A stretch of 62,523 bases of DNA, the filler included, from an uncultured bacterium (GTDB lineage Bacteria > CAYJOG01), in the NCBI GenBank assembly GCA_964371695.1. It is 14 parts of 14 records of this genome, joined end to end, with 100 filler letters (N's around TTAATTAATTAA, not from the genome) between each part and the next. Parts side by side here need not be neighbours in the genome. Positions count along the whole stretch, not along the records: positions 40,580 to 44,931 come from CAYJOG010000298.1; positions 45,032 to 49,368 come from CAYJOG010000299.1; positions 49,469 to 53,763 come from CAYJOG010000301.1; 11 more parts are not named here. One strand, written 5' to 3'. Made by a program: the position numbers and the translations under genes. How positions within the stretch are numbered: the stretch's first letter is position 1; each line of letters starts with the position of its first letter. Below the pieces are notes generated by a model. It was given only the letters and a program-made list of their open reading frames with translations, made no database searches and was not told where the DNA came from. Shown here piece after piece: positions 40,733-49,860 of this stretch.

Positions 40733-41467
40733 ATGGTCTTAACTTTTCTGTTCAACCATGTTTGGCCGGTGAGCAAATCTTTATCTTCCGCAATCGTTTT
40801 TGACCCGCGGCCGGTGGTGGCCGAGGCGGTGGGCACGGGCCTGCTGGTGGCGGTGGTGGTGGGGTCGGGCGTGATGGCCCAGCGGCTGGCCACGGGCGCG
40901 CCTGCGGTGGCGCTTTTGTGCAACACGCTGGCCACGTCGGGGGGGCTGGTGGCGCTGATTCTGGTGTTCGGTGAAATCAGCGGGGCGCACTTCAACCCCG
41001 TGGTGTCACTGGTCAAGGGGATCGAAAAACAACTGCCCTGGCCCATGGTGGGGGCCTACGCCGCAGCCCAGTGCGCCGGGGGCGTGGCGGGCACGTGGCT
41101 GGCCCACGGCATGTTTGACCTGCCCTTGTGGCAGGTGGGAGATCACGTGCGCAACGGCCCCAACCTTTGGCTGGCCGAGTCGGTGGCCACGCTGGCGCTG
41201 CTGCTGGTGGTGCTCACGGCGGGGCGGCGCAGCGTGATGCAGGCGGCGGTGGGTGTGGGCGCGGTGATTGGCGCGGGTTACTGGTTCACCGCTTCCACGT
41301 CGTTCGCCAATCCGGCGGTGACGCTGGCGCGGGCCTTCACCACCACCTATGCGGGCATCGCCCCCGCGAGTGTGCCCATGTTCTGGGCCGCCCAGTTGGT
41401 GGGCGGGCTGTTGGCCTTTGGCCTTTGGCGCTGGCTGAGCGCGCCAAAGGGGCCGGGTCGTGGCTGA
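40733..41467 (+). CDS. Aquaporin/MIP channel, arsenite-efflux (AqpS-like) type
   Basis: SGAHFNPV and STSFANPAVT motifs; overlaps arsC. Start may be GTG at 40769. Confidence 0.88.
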   Translation: MVLTFLFNHVWPVSKSLSSAIVFDPRPVVAEAVGTGLLVAVVVGSGVMAQRLATGAPAVALLCNTLATSGGLVALILVFGEISGAHFNPVVSLVKGIEKQLPWPMVGAYAAAQCAGGVAGTWLAHGMFDLPLWQVGDHVRNGPNLWLAESVATLALLLVVLTAGRRSVMQAAVGVGAVIGAGYWFTASTSFANPAVTLARAFTTTYAGIAPASVPMFWAAQLVGGLLAFGLWRWLSAPKGPGRG

Positions 41468-41861
41468 AAAAGTGCTGTTTGCCTGTGTCCACAACGCGGG
41501 GCGCTCGCAGATGGCGGCGGCGTTGTTCAACCAGCAGGCGAATCCGCAAAAGGCCGTGGCCCTCAGTGCGGGCACACAACCGGCAGAGCATGTTCACCCC
41601 GTGGTGGCCGAGGTCCTCGCCGAAATCAGCCTGGACGTGCAAGACCTGAAACCCCGGCTGCTCACACCCGAACTGGCCCAGGGCGCGAGCCTGCTCATCA
41701 CCATGGGGTGCGGCGAGGCCTGCCCCTTTGTGCCGGGTCTGAGGACGCTGGACTGGCCTCTGCCCGACCCCAAGGGCCAACCGCTTGCGGTGGTGCGCGA
41801 GATTCGTGAAGAAATCGCAGCGGATGTGTCGCGGTTGATTGAAGAAAACGGCTGGCGTTGA
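41460..41861 (+). CDS. arsC: Arsenate reductase, LMW-PTP type
   Basis: CVHNAGRSQMA P-loop; TMGCGEACP; W.L.DP.G. Confidence 0.93.
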   Translation: MAEKVLFACVHNAGRSQMAAALFNQQANPQKAVALSAGTQPAEHVHPVVAEVLAEISLDVQDLKPRLLTPELAQGASLLITMGCGEACPFVPGLRTLDWPLPDPKGQPLAVVREIREEIAADVSRLIEENGWR

Positions 41862-41886
41862 TGCGTCACCTTTTATAGTCCGGGAA

Positions 41887-42792
41887 ATGACCCCGACGGA
41901 ACGGGACACGGACATGACCCAGCGGCTTGTGCAGTGGTTGAAGGACGAAGGCGCGGTGCTTGGCGGCGTGGCGGCGGCGGGGCGTGTGCCGGGGGCGGAT
42001 GTTTTTATGGAATGGCTCAGGCAGGGCCAGCAGGCGGATATGGGTTATCTGTCACGCACCGCCGCCAAACGCACCGATCCGCGATTGGTGCTGGCGGGTT
42101 GTCGCAGCGTGGTGGTGGGGGCCTGGCCCACCGGGCGGCGGCCTGTCGAAACCCCACCGGGCCACGGTCGCCTCGCGGCTTATGTGGGTGAGGCGGATTA
42201 TCACGAGACGATGGGCGGCGCGCTGAAGCGCGTGGCGGCGTGTCTGCGTCAGGCGCTGCCCGGTGAGGCCTTCGCGCCTTATGTAGACACAGGCCCGGTG
42301 CTGGAGCGGGAATGGGCGGCGCTGGCGGGTTTGGGCTGGCTGGGCAAAAACACGCTGCTCATTCATCCCCATGAGGGGTCTTATCTGTTGCTGGGGGTGA
42401 TACTGAGCACGGCAAACCTGACGCCCACGGCCAGCTTTGAAGGCCACCACTGCGGAACCTGCACCCGCTGTCTCGACGCCTGCCCCACGCAGGCGCTTTC
42501 GGCCCAAAATGGCCTGGACAGCCGCCGGTGCCTGAGTTACTGGAGCATCGAACACAAGGGCGATTTTTCCGCCGCCACACCGGGACGGGAACAGTGGCAG
42601 AACTGGCTCTATGGCTGCGACATCTGCCAGGAGGTGTGCCCCTTCAACCGCCATACCCCGTCCGCCCACGGCGTGGCCAGCCTGCCCCTTGAGGGCGTTG
42701 CCGATGGAACCGCCAGCGGACCCGCTTTTCTGCGCCGAGGAAAAGAAGGAATAAAAAGAAATGCCCGGTGGATGATGAAAAAGAAGGGTTGA
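41887..42792 (+). CDS. queG: Epoxyqueuosine reductase
   Basis: DYH, VDTGPVLER, AGLGW.GKN, CGTCTRCLDACP, CLSY..IE, GCDICQEVCP. Start 41887 or 41914. Confidence 0.93.
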   Translation: MTPTERDTDMTQRLVQWLKDEGAVLGGVAAAGRVPGADVFMEWLRQGQQADMGYLSRTAAKRTDPRLVLAGCRSVVVGAWPTGRRPVETPPGHGRLAAYVGEADYHETMGGALKRVAACLRQALPGEAFAPYVDTGPVLEREWAALAGLGWLGKNTLLIHPHEGSYLLLGVILSTANLTPTASFEGHHCGTCTRCLDACPTQALSAQNGLDSRRCLSYWSIEHKGDFSAATPGREQWQNWLYGCDICQEVCPFNRHTPSAHGVASLPLEGVADGTASGPAFLRRGKEGIKRNARWMMKKKG

Positions 42793-42879
42793 ATAAATTT
42801 TAACAGGATATGCTGTTAGATCACTGATGCCACATTTTTATTATAAAAAACAGCATGATTTAGGGTGCTGTAGAGGTTT

Positions 42880-43368
42880 TCATGGCCCGCAATAGGGTAT
42901 TGGTTTTGCAAGTGTAAGCAACTTCTGGTTTTTGACTGCGCAACCATAATAAAGCCCCCACATGCCATCCACATGGGTTTTTTGTCCGACCTCCCTCAGA
43001 TACATCGCAGCCTCTCCCCCAGGGATTTTAGACAAGATTTCGAGGGCATCCAGCATGACCCAGAAGTACAAAGTTTCTTCTTTTGATTGCGGCTCTCCTC
43101 TCCTTTCCAACACATCGGAGATAAGAATCAACTCAAAAAAATCCTCTGGTTTCTTCAGGGACTCCACTAATTTATAAGCTTTACGTTGGGTTTTGGGATT
43201 GAGCCGCAAGGCTTCTCCGGAAGAATTTGATTTTAAATGCTCCAGTGCTGAAAGCACTCGAACAACAGGATTATAATCCTCTCCAAAAATTTCCTTTGCC
43301 GAAGAATTTTTTTCGCCTATCAGCAGAAGGAAACAGATGCACAGAACGAAAACTAAGTTAAATCGCAT
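42880..43368 (-). CDS. AT-rich hypothetical secreted protein
   Basis: Visibly lower GC than its neighbours; signal-like MRFNLVFVLCICFLLL; helical-looking body; no family recognised. Confidence 0.6.
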   Translation of the reverse strand: MRFNLVFVLCICFLLLIGEKNSSAKEIFGEDYNPVVRVLSALEHLKSNSSGEALRLNPKTQRKAYKLVESLKKPEDFFELILISDVLERRGEPQSKEETLYFWVMLDALEILSKIPGGEAAMYLREVGQKTHVDGMWGLYYGCAVKNQKLLTLAKPIPYCGP

Positions 43369-43720
43369 TGGGGTGACATGCGGTCTATCTCTTATGGAAT
43401 AACGCATGGTGTCCATATTAGCATGGAGGTGGCTGATGCTTTGTTCCGTCGGCCTGTTGGGCACTCAGGTGGTAACACGGGGCGTTTTTTCCCTCTCCCG
43501 CGCTTTGCATGGGAGAGGGTGGTTGCTGGCTGAAGCTCTACCCAGCCAGCAACCGGGCGAGGGGTTAGCTATTGGCAAAAAACAATGGTTTTTTTGCTTT
43601 TGAATAAACCCCTCACCCCAACCCTCTCCCCATTGAAGGGGAGAGGGGGCAAGAGAGCTTTTCCTTTTTCCAATTTCCAACTTCCGACCTCCCGCCCCCG
43701 CCATTGGTTACACTGCGGGG

Positions 43721-44506
43721 ATGACTTATACACGTCTGGAAATGATTGGCGGCGTGGCCCGGCTGTGGCTGGACCGCCCCGAAGCCAAAAACCGCCTCAA
43801 CAAGGCCTTCCTTGAAGAAATCGTGTCCCAGGTGAACAGCCTGGACGCCGCCACCACCGCGCTGATTCTCACCGCGCCCGGCCAGGACGTGTTCAGCGCC
43901 GGTTATGACATCGATGAAATCCCCGCCGGTGCGCCGCTTGAGGCTCTGCACGCCTTTGAGGCCGACAACCCCATCGAAAAAGCCGGTGCGGCTCTGTCCG
44001 GGTTGCCTTTTCCCACCCTCTGCGCGGTGAACGGCAAACTCTATGGCGGGGCCATGGAGTTGCTGCTCAGTTGCGACATTCGCCTGGGGGCTGAGCACAG
44101 CGAATATTGCCTGCCCCCGGCGCGGCTGGGCGTGATGTATGAACCCCTGGGCCTGTGGCGGCTGTTGCAGACGGTGGGTTATGCCAACGCCTGCGAAATG
44201 GTGTTCACCGCCACGCCCGTGCCCGCGCCCCGCGCCTGCGAAACCGGCCTCATCAACCGCGTGCTGCCCTTTGACCAGTTGCAGGACACCACCCTGAAAA
44301 TGGCTCAGGCCATGGCCCGGCTGGCTCCCCTCACACTGCGCAACAGCAAAACAGCCTTGCGGGCCATACAGCGCCTCACCGCCCCCACCGCCGCCATGGA
44401 CGACCAACTCAAACAACTGCGCCTGAGCTGTTTTCAGAGCGAAGACGTGGTGGAGGGCCGCAAGGCTTTTCTTGAGAAACGTCCCCCCGTGTTCAAAGGG
44501 AAATGA
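43721..44506 (+). CDS. Enoyl-CoA hydratase/isomerase family protein
   Basis: RPEAKN.L, FSAGYDI, NG..YGGA.EL..CD.R, D..EG..AFLEKR.P.F.G. Confidence 0.93.
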   Translation: MTYTRLEMIGGVARLWLDRPEAKNRLNKAFLEEIVSQVNSLDAATTALILTAPGQDVFSAGYDIDEIPAGAPLEALHAFEADNPIEKAGAALSGLPFPTLCAVNGKLYGGAMELLLSCDIRLGAEHSEYCLPPARLGVMYEPLGLWRLLQTVGYANACEMVFTATPVPAPRACETGLINRVLPFDQLQDTTLKMAQAMARLAPLTLRNSKTALRAIQRLTAPTAAMDDQLKQLRLSCFQSEDVVEGRKAFLEKRPPVFKGK

Positions 44507-44868
44507 CCATGCCTGATTCTGCTCTTGAGCAACATCTGTCTTTCTGGAAAAACGAAACTGACCGTCTGCGCCAGTCGGCGGTGTCGCCAGAGCGCAACGA
44601 GGAACTGGCCCAGGGCCTTTATAACCTTGCCCTGTGCCATGGCGAGGGCCGGGACTGGTCCGCAGCGCGGGGGCGCCTGCGCGAGGCGCTGGACCTTTCC
44701 CCCGGCTGGGCCGAGGCCTGGAACAACCTGGGCTGTGTGCTCTGGAGCATGGCCGAACCCCTGAGCGCCCACGCCGCCTGGACAGAAGCCGCCCGCCTGG
44801 ACCCCGATGGCGACGCAGGGCGCACGGCGTCGGAAAACCTGAGCGCCTGCCCATTAGGATCTGTTTGA
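44503..44868 (+). CDS. Small TPR protein
   Basis: YNLA, AL.L.P..AEAWNNLG, A.LDP. Confidence 0.8.
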   Translation: MTMPDSALEQHLSFWKNETDRLRQSAVSPERNEELAQGLYNLALCHGEGRDWSAARGRLREALDLSPGWAEAWNNLGCVLWSMAEPLSAHAAWTEAARLDPDGDAGRTASENLSACPLGSV

Positions 44869-45031
44869 AAAGTCCATCGTGGACTTTTCAAACCCAACGC
44901 CTTCGGGGGCAAAGCCCCCTTGGCGTGGCGANNNNNNNNNNNNNNNNNNNNNNNNNNNNNNNNNNNNNNNNNNNNTTAATTAATTAANNNNNNNNNNNNN
45001 NNNNNNNNNNNNNNNNNNNNNNNNNNNNNNN

Positions 45032-45358
45032 TTCGGCTGGCGCGTAGGCGCGGCCCACCGCTTCTTCGGCCCCAACACCGCCCGCGACGTGTGGGACTTG
45101 AAGAAGGTCACGCCGCAGAAGATGGTCCACCTGACTGAGAAACCCGTGGAACTGGCGGAGCGGGCCATCGAATACTCCAGCCTGCCGGGAGAACGGGTGC
45201 TGGATTTGTTCGGCGGCAGCGGCAGCACCCTGATCGCTTGTGAGCGCACGGGCCGCCACGCCCTGCTCATGGAACTGGACCCCCACTACTGCGATGTCAT
45301 CGTCACCCGTTGGGAGCAGTACACGGGCAACGCGGCGGTGCTGGCGGGGGAAGCGTGA
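45032..45358 (+). CDS. Phage-type N4/N6 DNA methyltransferase, C-terminal part (5' truncated)
   Basis: H.TEKPVEL, VLDLFGGSGSTLIACE..GR..MELDP.YCDVIV.RW. Confidence 0.92.
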   Translation, partial: FGWRVGAAHRFFGPNTARDVWDLKKVTPQKMVHLTEKPVELAERAIEYSSLPGERVLDLFGGSGSTLIACERTGRHALLMELDPHYCDVIVTRWEQYTGNAAVLAGEA

Positions 45359-45359
45359 G

Positions 45360-45860
45360 ATGGCCGCCAGAAAGGGCAACCAGAACCGGCGGTTGCTGAA
45401 AACCGCCGCCGAGCGTCAGGCCCTGTGGCGGGATCTGATCCGCCACCTGGAACAGGGGTGCAGCCTGAAAAGCTTCACTGGGTGCAGCCGCAACACCCTC
45501 AAAACCTACCTGCAGCAATATCCTGAAGATTTTCCACGCGAGGAGATTGAAATTGCCCTGCAAACCGCCCGGAAGATGGACGAGGTGACGGGGCTGGCGG
45601 CCACCAGCGGGCGACCCATGGCCAGTTACGACCCCCGGCGGTTCAACCCCACGGTGTGGATGTTCCGCATGAGGAACCGCTGGGGCTGGAAGCTGGAGGG
45701 CGGCGAGGAAGACGATCTCGACGGCTTTTTGTCTGAGGGCGGCGGTGGTGGGGATGGCCCCGGCTCCGACGCCCTGCACGTCAGCATTACCGTTCGGCAC
45801 CCCGCAACCGCCCCGGCAGGCGTGGCGGCGGGTGACAAGGACAATCCCGGTGAACCTTGA
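45360..45860 (+). CDS. Putative terminase small subunit
   Basis: MAARKGNQN start, HTH-like segment, FN.T.W.F.M.NR.GW; lies between the methylase and terL. Confidence 0.7.
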   Translation: MAARKGNQNRRLLKTAAERQALWRDLIRHLEQGCSLKSFTGCSRNTLKTYLQQYPEDFPREEIEIALQTARKMDEVTGLAATSGRPMASYDPRRFNPTVWMFRMRNRWGWKLEGGEEDDLDGFLSEGGGGGDGPGSDALHVSITVRHPATAPAGVAAGDKDNPGEP

Positions 45861-47196
45861 GTTGCTGAGCCACCAGGCCGAGTTCCTCACCAGCGAGGCC
45901 CCCATCACCGGTCTTGTTTCAGGCGTGGCGGCGGGTAAAACCTATGCGGGTGCGGTGTGGGCGGCCATCCAGAGCCGCCGGTGTCACCCCAAGCTGGGCA
46001 TCGTCGCCAGCGGCACCTTTCCCCAGTTGCGCCTCAACGTCATCGAATCCCTGAACCAGCATCACACCCGGTGGGGTTTCGACTTTCGCCATTATCCCTC
46101 CCGGCGTCAGGTGGTCTTCACCTGGCCCCTGCGCAGCGGCAAGAAACTCATCACCGCCGCCTGGGCCTTGGGAATGGAAGACCCCCACCGGGCCAGGGGG
46201 GCCAGCGTGCCCTTCGTCTACTGCGACGAGGCCCGGCAGATCACCCGCGAGGGGTTTGGCGTGTTGCTCACCCGCGCCCGTGAGGGCAAACACCCCCAGG
46301 TGAAACTCACCAGCACCCCCAACGGCTTTGACTGGCTCTACGACCTGTTTCTGGGAGAGGGCAACCCCCACCCTGGGCGCTGCCTCATCACCGGCGTGGC
46401 CACCTGGGCCAACCCCTGGCTGCCACAGGTGTTCCTCACCAACCTCGCCCACAACCTGGACCCCACCGCCTACGCCCAGGAAGTCAAAGGTCTGTTCATC
46501 CAGAGTGCCGAGGGCCGGGTGTATCACCAGTTCTGCCGGGCCAGGCACGTCAGCGAACAGGCGGAGTACGACCCCCGACTGCCGCTGGTTCTGGCGTGGG
46601 ACTTCAATGTGCTGGGGTCCTGTGTGCTGCTGCAAACCCACAAGGACGAAGTGTGGGCCTTTGACGAGGTGCAGATTCCCCGAAGCTGGACACCGGACGT
46701 GCTGGGGGAAATCCTGCGGCGCTACTGGGAGGGCCAGTTCCCCGCCGGTCACACCCTGTCCCCCGCCTGGACCCCCAACCAGCGGCCCGGAACCTGGGTC
46801 ATCGCGGGAGACGCCACGGGCATGAGGCACACCAGCAGCAGCCGGGTGTCGGATTACGATCACATCCGAATGGCCCTGCGGGAACCAGCCCCACAGATGG
46901 GGTGGGAGTATCACGAGGAACTGCGGTCAGCCAATCCCAGCGTGCGAGACCGCCTGGCCAAGGTCAACGGCCTGCTGCACGCCGCAGATGGCTCCACCCG
47001 CCTGCGCGTTCACCCCCGGTGCCACCGGCTGATCCGCGACCTGGAGCAGGTGGCGTTCCTGCCGGGCACGGGCGAAATCGACAAACGCACCAACCCCCAA
47101 CTGACCCATCTTTCCGACGCCCTGGGCTATGGCTGTTACGCCCTGTTTCCCCTGCCGGATTACCGGGCACTGGACGCCTATGGCGGCCCGGATTAG
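45850..47196 (+). CDS. Phage terminase large subunit
   Basis: Q-motif HQ, Walker A GVAAGKT, Walker B VYCDEA, TSTP.G..W.Y, NP.L, nuclease AWDFN, GDATG, H.SDALGY. GTG start at 45850. Confidence 0.9.
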   Translation: MNLELLSHQAEFLTSEAPITGLVSGVAAGKTYAGAVWAAIQSRRCHPKLGIVASGTFPQLRLNVIESLNQHHTRWGFDFRHYPSRRQVVFTWPLRSGKKLITAAWALGMEDPHRARGASVPFVYCDEARQITREGFGVLLTRAREGKHPQVKLTSTPNGFDWLYDLFLGEGNPHPGRCLITGVATWANPWLPQVFLTNLAHNLDPTAYAQEVKGLFIQSAEGRVYHQFCRARHVSEQAEYDPRLPLVLAWDFNVLGSCVLLQTHKDEVWAFDEVQIPRSWTPDVLGEILRRYWEGQFPAGHTLSPAWTPNQRPGTWVIAGDATGMRHTSSSRVSDYDHIRMALREPAPQMGWEYHEELRSANPSVRDRLAKVNGLLHAADGSTRLRVHPRCHRLIRDLEQVAFLPGTGEIDKRTNPQLTHLSDALGYGCYALFPLPDYRALDAYGGPD

Positions 47197-47312
47197 CCCC
47201 CCGGTGGCCCAACACGGCGCGACACCGGCGTTTCCAGACGGCGTTCGTGATTTGTGTTAGACGGGTCATGCGTTAAATGCCAATTTTTTGCTGCCGCCAA
47301 GGGGCCATTGGC

Positions 47313-47361
47313 GACAATCGGCGTCGAATACTGGCCCACCAGCGGCGTCCAAAACTGGCCC
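47313..47361 (+). mobile_element. Degenerate IS21-like terminal repeat
   Basis: GACAATCGGCGTCGAATACTGGCCC-ACCAG-CGGCGTCCAAAACTGGCCC: two tandem ~20-bp internal repeats behind a decayed TGTCAA-like end; no istA/istB nearby. Confidence 0.5.
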
Positions 47362-47635
47362 GGCGAACAATTATCAACACATTGGTCCGATTCTTGCGTC
47401 GCGCGCACACGCGCGTCGGAGGTCAATTCAATTCAGTCAATAGAATCAGGCCTTTTTTGCACAGTTAATTTTTCCCTTTTGGCCCCCCTTTTGGCCCCAA
47501 AACCGTCCTGCTTCGTCCCTAACGTGACAGCGCCGGAAACGCCTGTAAATGCAGGGAGTCTGGAGGTTCCGGCAACACAAAAACCGGCCGCTTTTTCCCA
47601 ACTCTGGCTGGCCGTTAATCCCATAGGATGGGGTT

Positions 47636-48109
47636 GTGCAATCCGGGACCAAAAATCCTTTGCGGATCTATGCGGAGACTTCCCTCTTTGGAGGCGTGTT
47701 TGACCAGGAGTTTCAGCACGGCAGTTTGGAATTTATCCGGGAGGTGCACCTGGGCCGGTTTGAACTTTTCTCAAGTGTTCTGGTGGAGCGGGAACTTTTA
47801 CCCGCCCCGCCTTGGGTGCGACAGGGATACGAGGCCACCCGTAAATTTCTGACGGTCCTCAATTCTTCGGTGGAGGCAGAGGCACTGCGTGACGCCTACC
47901 TGAGCCATGGCGTAGTGGGGCGCAAGTCTTTTGTGGATGCCTGGCACATCGGGATTGCAACGGTTTCGGGGTGTCCGGTCATCGCCAGTTGGAATTTTCA
48001 ACATATGGTCAACTTTCAAAAGATCCCCCTGTACAATGCTGTTAACAGGTTGAGGGGGTATGGGGAGATTGAAATCATCGCCCCGCCGGAGGTGATTCAG
48101 AGTGATTAA
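47636..48109 (+). CDS. PIN-domain (VapC-like) toxin
   Basis: IYAETS.FGG.FD.EF, S..V..EL, DA.HI..A, SWNF.H.VN, I..P.EV. Confidence 0.88.
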   Translation: MQSGTKNPLRIYAETSLFGGVFDQEFQHGSLEFIREVHLGRFELFSSVLVERELLPAPPWVRQGYEATRKFLTVLNSSVEAEALRDAYLSHGVVGRKSFVDAWHIGIATVSGCPVIASWNFQHMVNFQKIPLYNAVNRLRGYGEIEIIAPPEVIQSD

Positions 48110-48344
48110 AACCAAGCCATTTGACTGTGTTGAAATGAAACGGGCGGGTGCGCAGGCGCTTTTGGATCAACTGGAAACGATGTCTGCGGAGGAACAGCGC
48201 GCTTTTTGGGATGAGGAGCACCGCAAGGCAATCCGGGCAACCGAGGAGGCCAAATCCGCCGCCACCCCCGAAACCACTGAGGAATTCATGGCCAAGCTGG
48301 AAGCCCTGGTGGAGGGGTTCGAAAAAGAGCAAGCTGGTTCCTGA
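48102..48344 (+). CDS. Putative antitoxin downstream of the PIN gene
   Basis: 80 aa with K.FDCVEMKR motif; overlaps the PIN stop. Confidence 0.7.
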   Translation: MIKTKPFDCVEMKRAGAQALLDQLETMSAEEQRAFWDEEHRKAIRATEEAKSAATPETTEEFMAKLEALVEGFEKEQAGS

Positions 48345-48420
48345 CACCCAGCCTTGACTGTGTGCGAAAGCAGAGCGTCACTGTGTCTGGCAGAACATTT
48401 AGCCGACACAGGAGCCCATC

Positions 48421-48675
48421 ATGCAAACCCACATCGCCACGCCTTCAGACGAATGGGCCATCGAATATCAGGCCATGAAAGAAGAAGCCAGGAGCTTGGT
48501 GAGCGCCATCGAATTCATGGCCGGGAAATCCCACCCCTTGGCCAGGAAGGCGCGCCGCCGGAGAGAAAAATTGATTTTTCACTCTCCCCTGCAAATCTTG
48601 GCCCGGCTGAACTTTCAGCTTCTTCAGGAGCTGATGAACAAAACTACCGACACGATTGACGCGCCGGAATTTTAG
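48421..48675 (+). CDS. Small hypothetical protein
   Basis: AGGAG RBS; TTGACT upstream at about 48354; no family recognised. Confidence 0.55.
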   Translation: MQTHIATPSDEWAIEYQAMKEEARSLVSAIEFMAGKSHPLARKARRRREKLIFHSPLQILARLNFQLLQELMNKTTDTIDAPEF

Positions 48676-48683
48676 CCCCGGCC

Positions 48684-49368
48684 TTGGCGATCAACGCCAT
48701 CAAAGAATCGTCATGCGCCCTGTTGGCCGTGGGATACGTGCGGGTGTCCACGGGCAGGCAGGCGCGGGAGGGGGTGAGCCTGGAGGCGCAGACGGCGAGG
48801 ATCGAAGCGTGGTGCGCCGCCCACGGCGCCACACTGCTGGGGATGCATGAAGACGCGGGGATTTCCGGCGGCAAAACCCGCAACCGTCCGGGTCTGGACG
48901 CGGCGCTGAAATTGGCCACCCAGCACAAGGCCGCTCTGGTGGTGTATTCCCTTTCGCGCCTCGCCCGCAGCACGCGGGACGCCATCACCCTCAGCGACAC
49001 GCTGAGCAAGGCCGGGGCGGATCTGGTGAGCCTGACGGAGCGCATCGACACCACTAGCGCGGCGGGCAAGATGGTGTTTCGCCTGTTGGCCGTTCTGGCG
49101 GAGTTTGAGCGGGATTTGGTATCTGAGCGCACCTCGGCGGCGCTGGCGCACCTGAAGGCCCAGGGGCGCAAATTGGGCGGACCCGTGCCCTACGGCTACG
49201 CCCTGTCGCCCTGCGGCAAGCGGCTGGCTCCCTGCCCCCACGAACAGGCCGCCCTGGCCCTCATGCGCGACCTGCGCCAACGGGGCCACAGCCTGCGGCA
49301 AATCGCCCAGGCCCTGCCCGCCGCCGGGTTTCTCCCCCGCACCGCCAACCGCTGGCACGTTCAGACTT
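48684..49368 (+). CDS. Serine recombinase (resolvase domain plus start of recombinase domain; 3' truncated)
   Basis: GYVRVST..Q, D.G.SG, RPGL, SRLARS, EFER..SERT, GG.VPYGY. Confidence 0.93.
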
Positions 49369-49616
49369 NNNNNNNNNNNNNNNNNNNNNNNNNNNNNNNN
49401 NNNNNNNNNNNNTTAATTAATTAANNNNNNNNNNNNNNNNNNNNNNNNNNNNNNNNNNNNNNNNNNNNCCCCCCCCCACCAGACAGGGCCGCTCTTCGTG
49501 CGGCCTGGGGTGTCCACCCTGTGAGAACCGCAGGGCTGAAAGCCCGTCCACCATCCACCTCAGTAGCCGCCATGGCTCACTGGTAGAATAGGCATCCCTG
49601 CCTGTGTTCATACCAG

Positions 49617-49640
49617 AGGCAGGCGAGACGCCTGCCCCAC
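49617..49640. repeat. REP family E (GTRGGGCRGGCGTCTCGCCYGCC)
   Basis: Copies or variants at about 35999-36021, 49617-49640, 51301-51324 and 51478-51497; related GTGGGGCCAGTAGCCAC at 3978-4000 and 18188-18220. Confidence 0.75.
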
Positions 49641-49860
49641 CAAAAGCACAGAGAACAAGGTGGGGATTTTTTGCTTCAAGTTGAACTGGATTCCTGCTTT
49701 CGCGGGAATGACGGTAGGCGACAGATTTTGTGTTTCACCTTTCTTCCTGCGCGTAGCGCCAAAGCCGGTGGGTCTGGGAGGACAAGTCCTCCAGTGGGGG
49801 GTTTGGGGGGTAACGCCCCCCAATAGGCGTTAATTTCTAAAAACGTTTTAAACTCCCCCC

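Noticed and set aside
47605-47650. GTTAATCC... as a tRNA-Asn fragment marking an att site
   Set aside because: No T-arm GTTCRA and no cloverleaf; the similarity is too weak.
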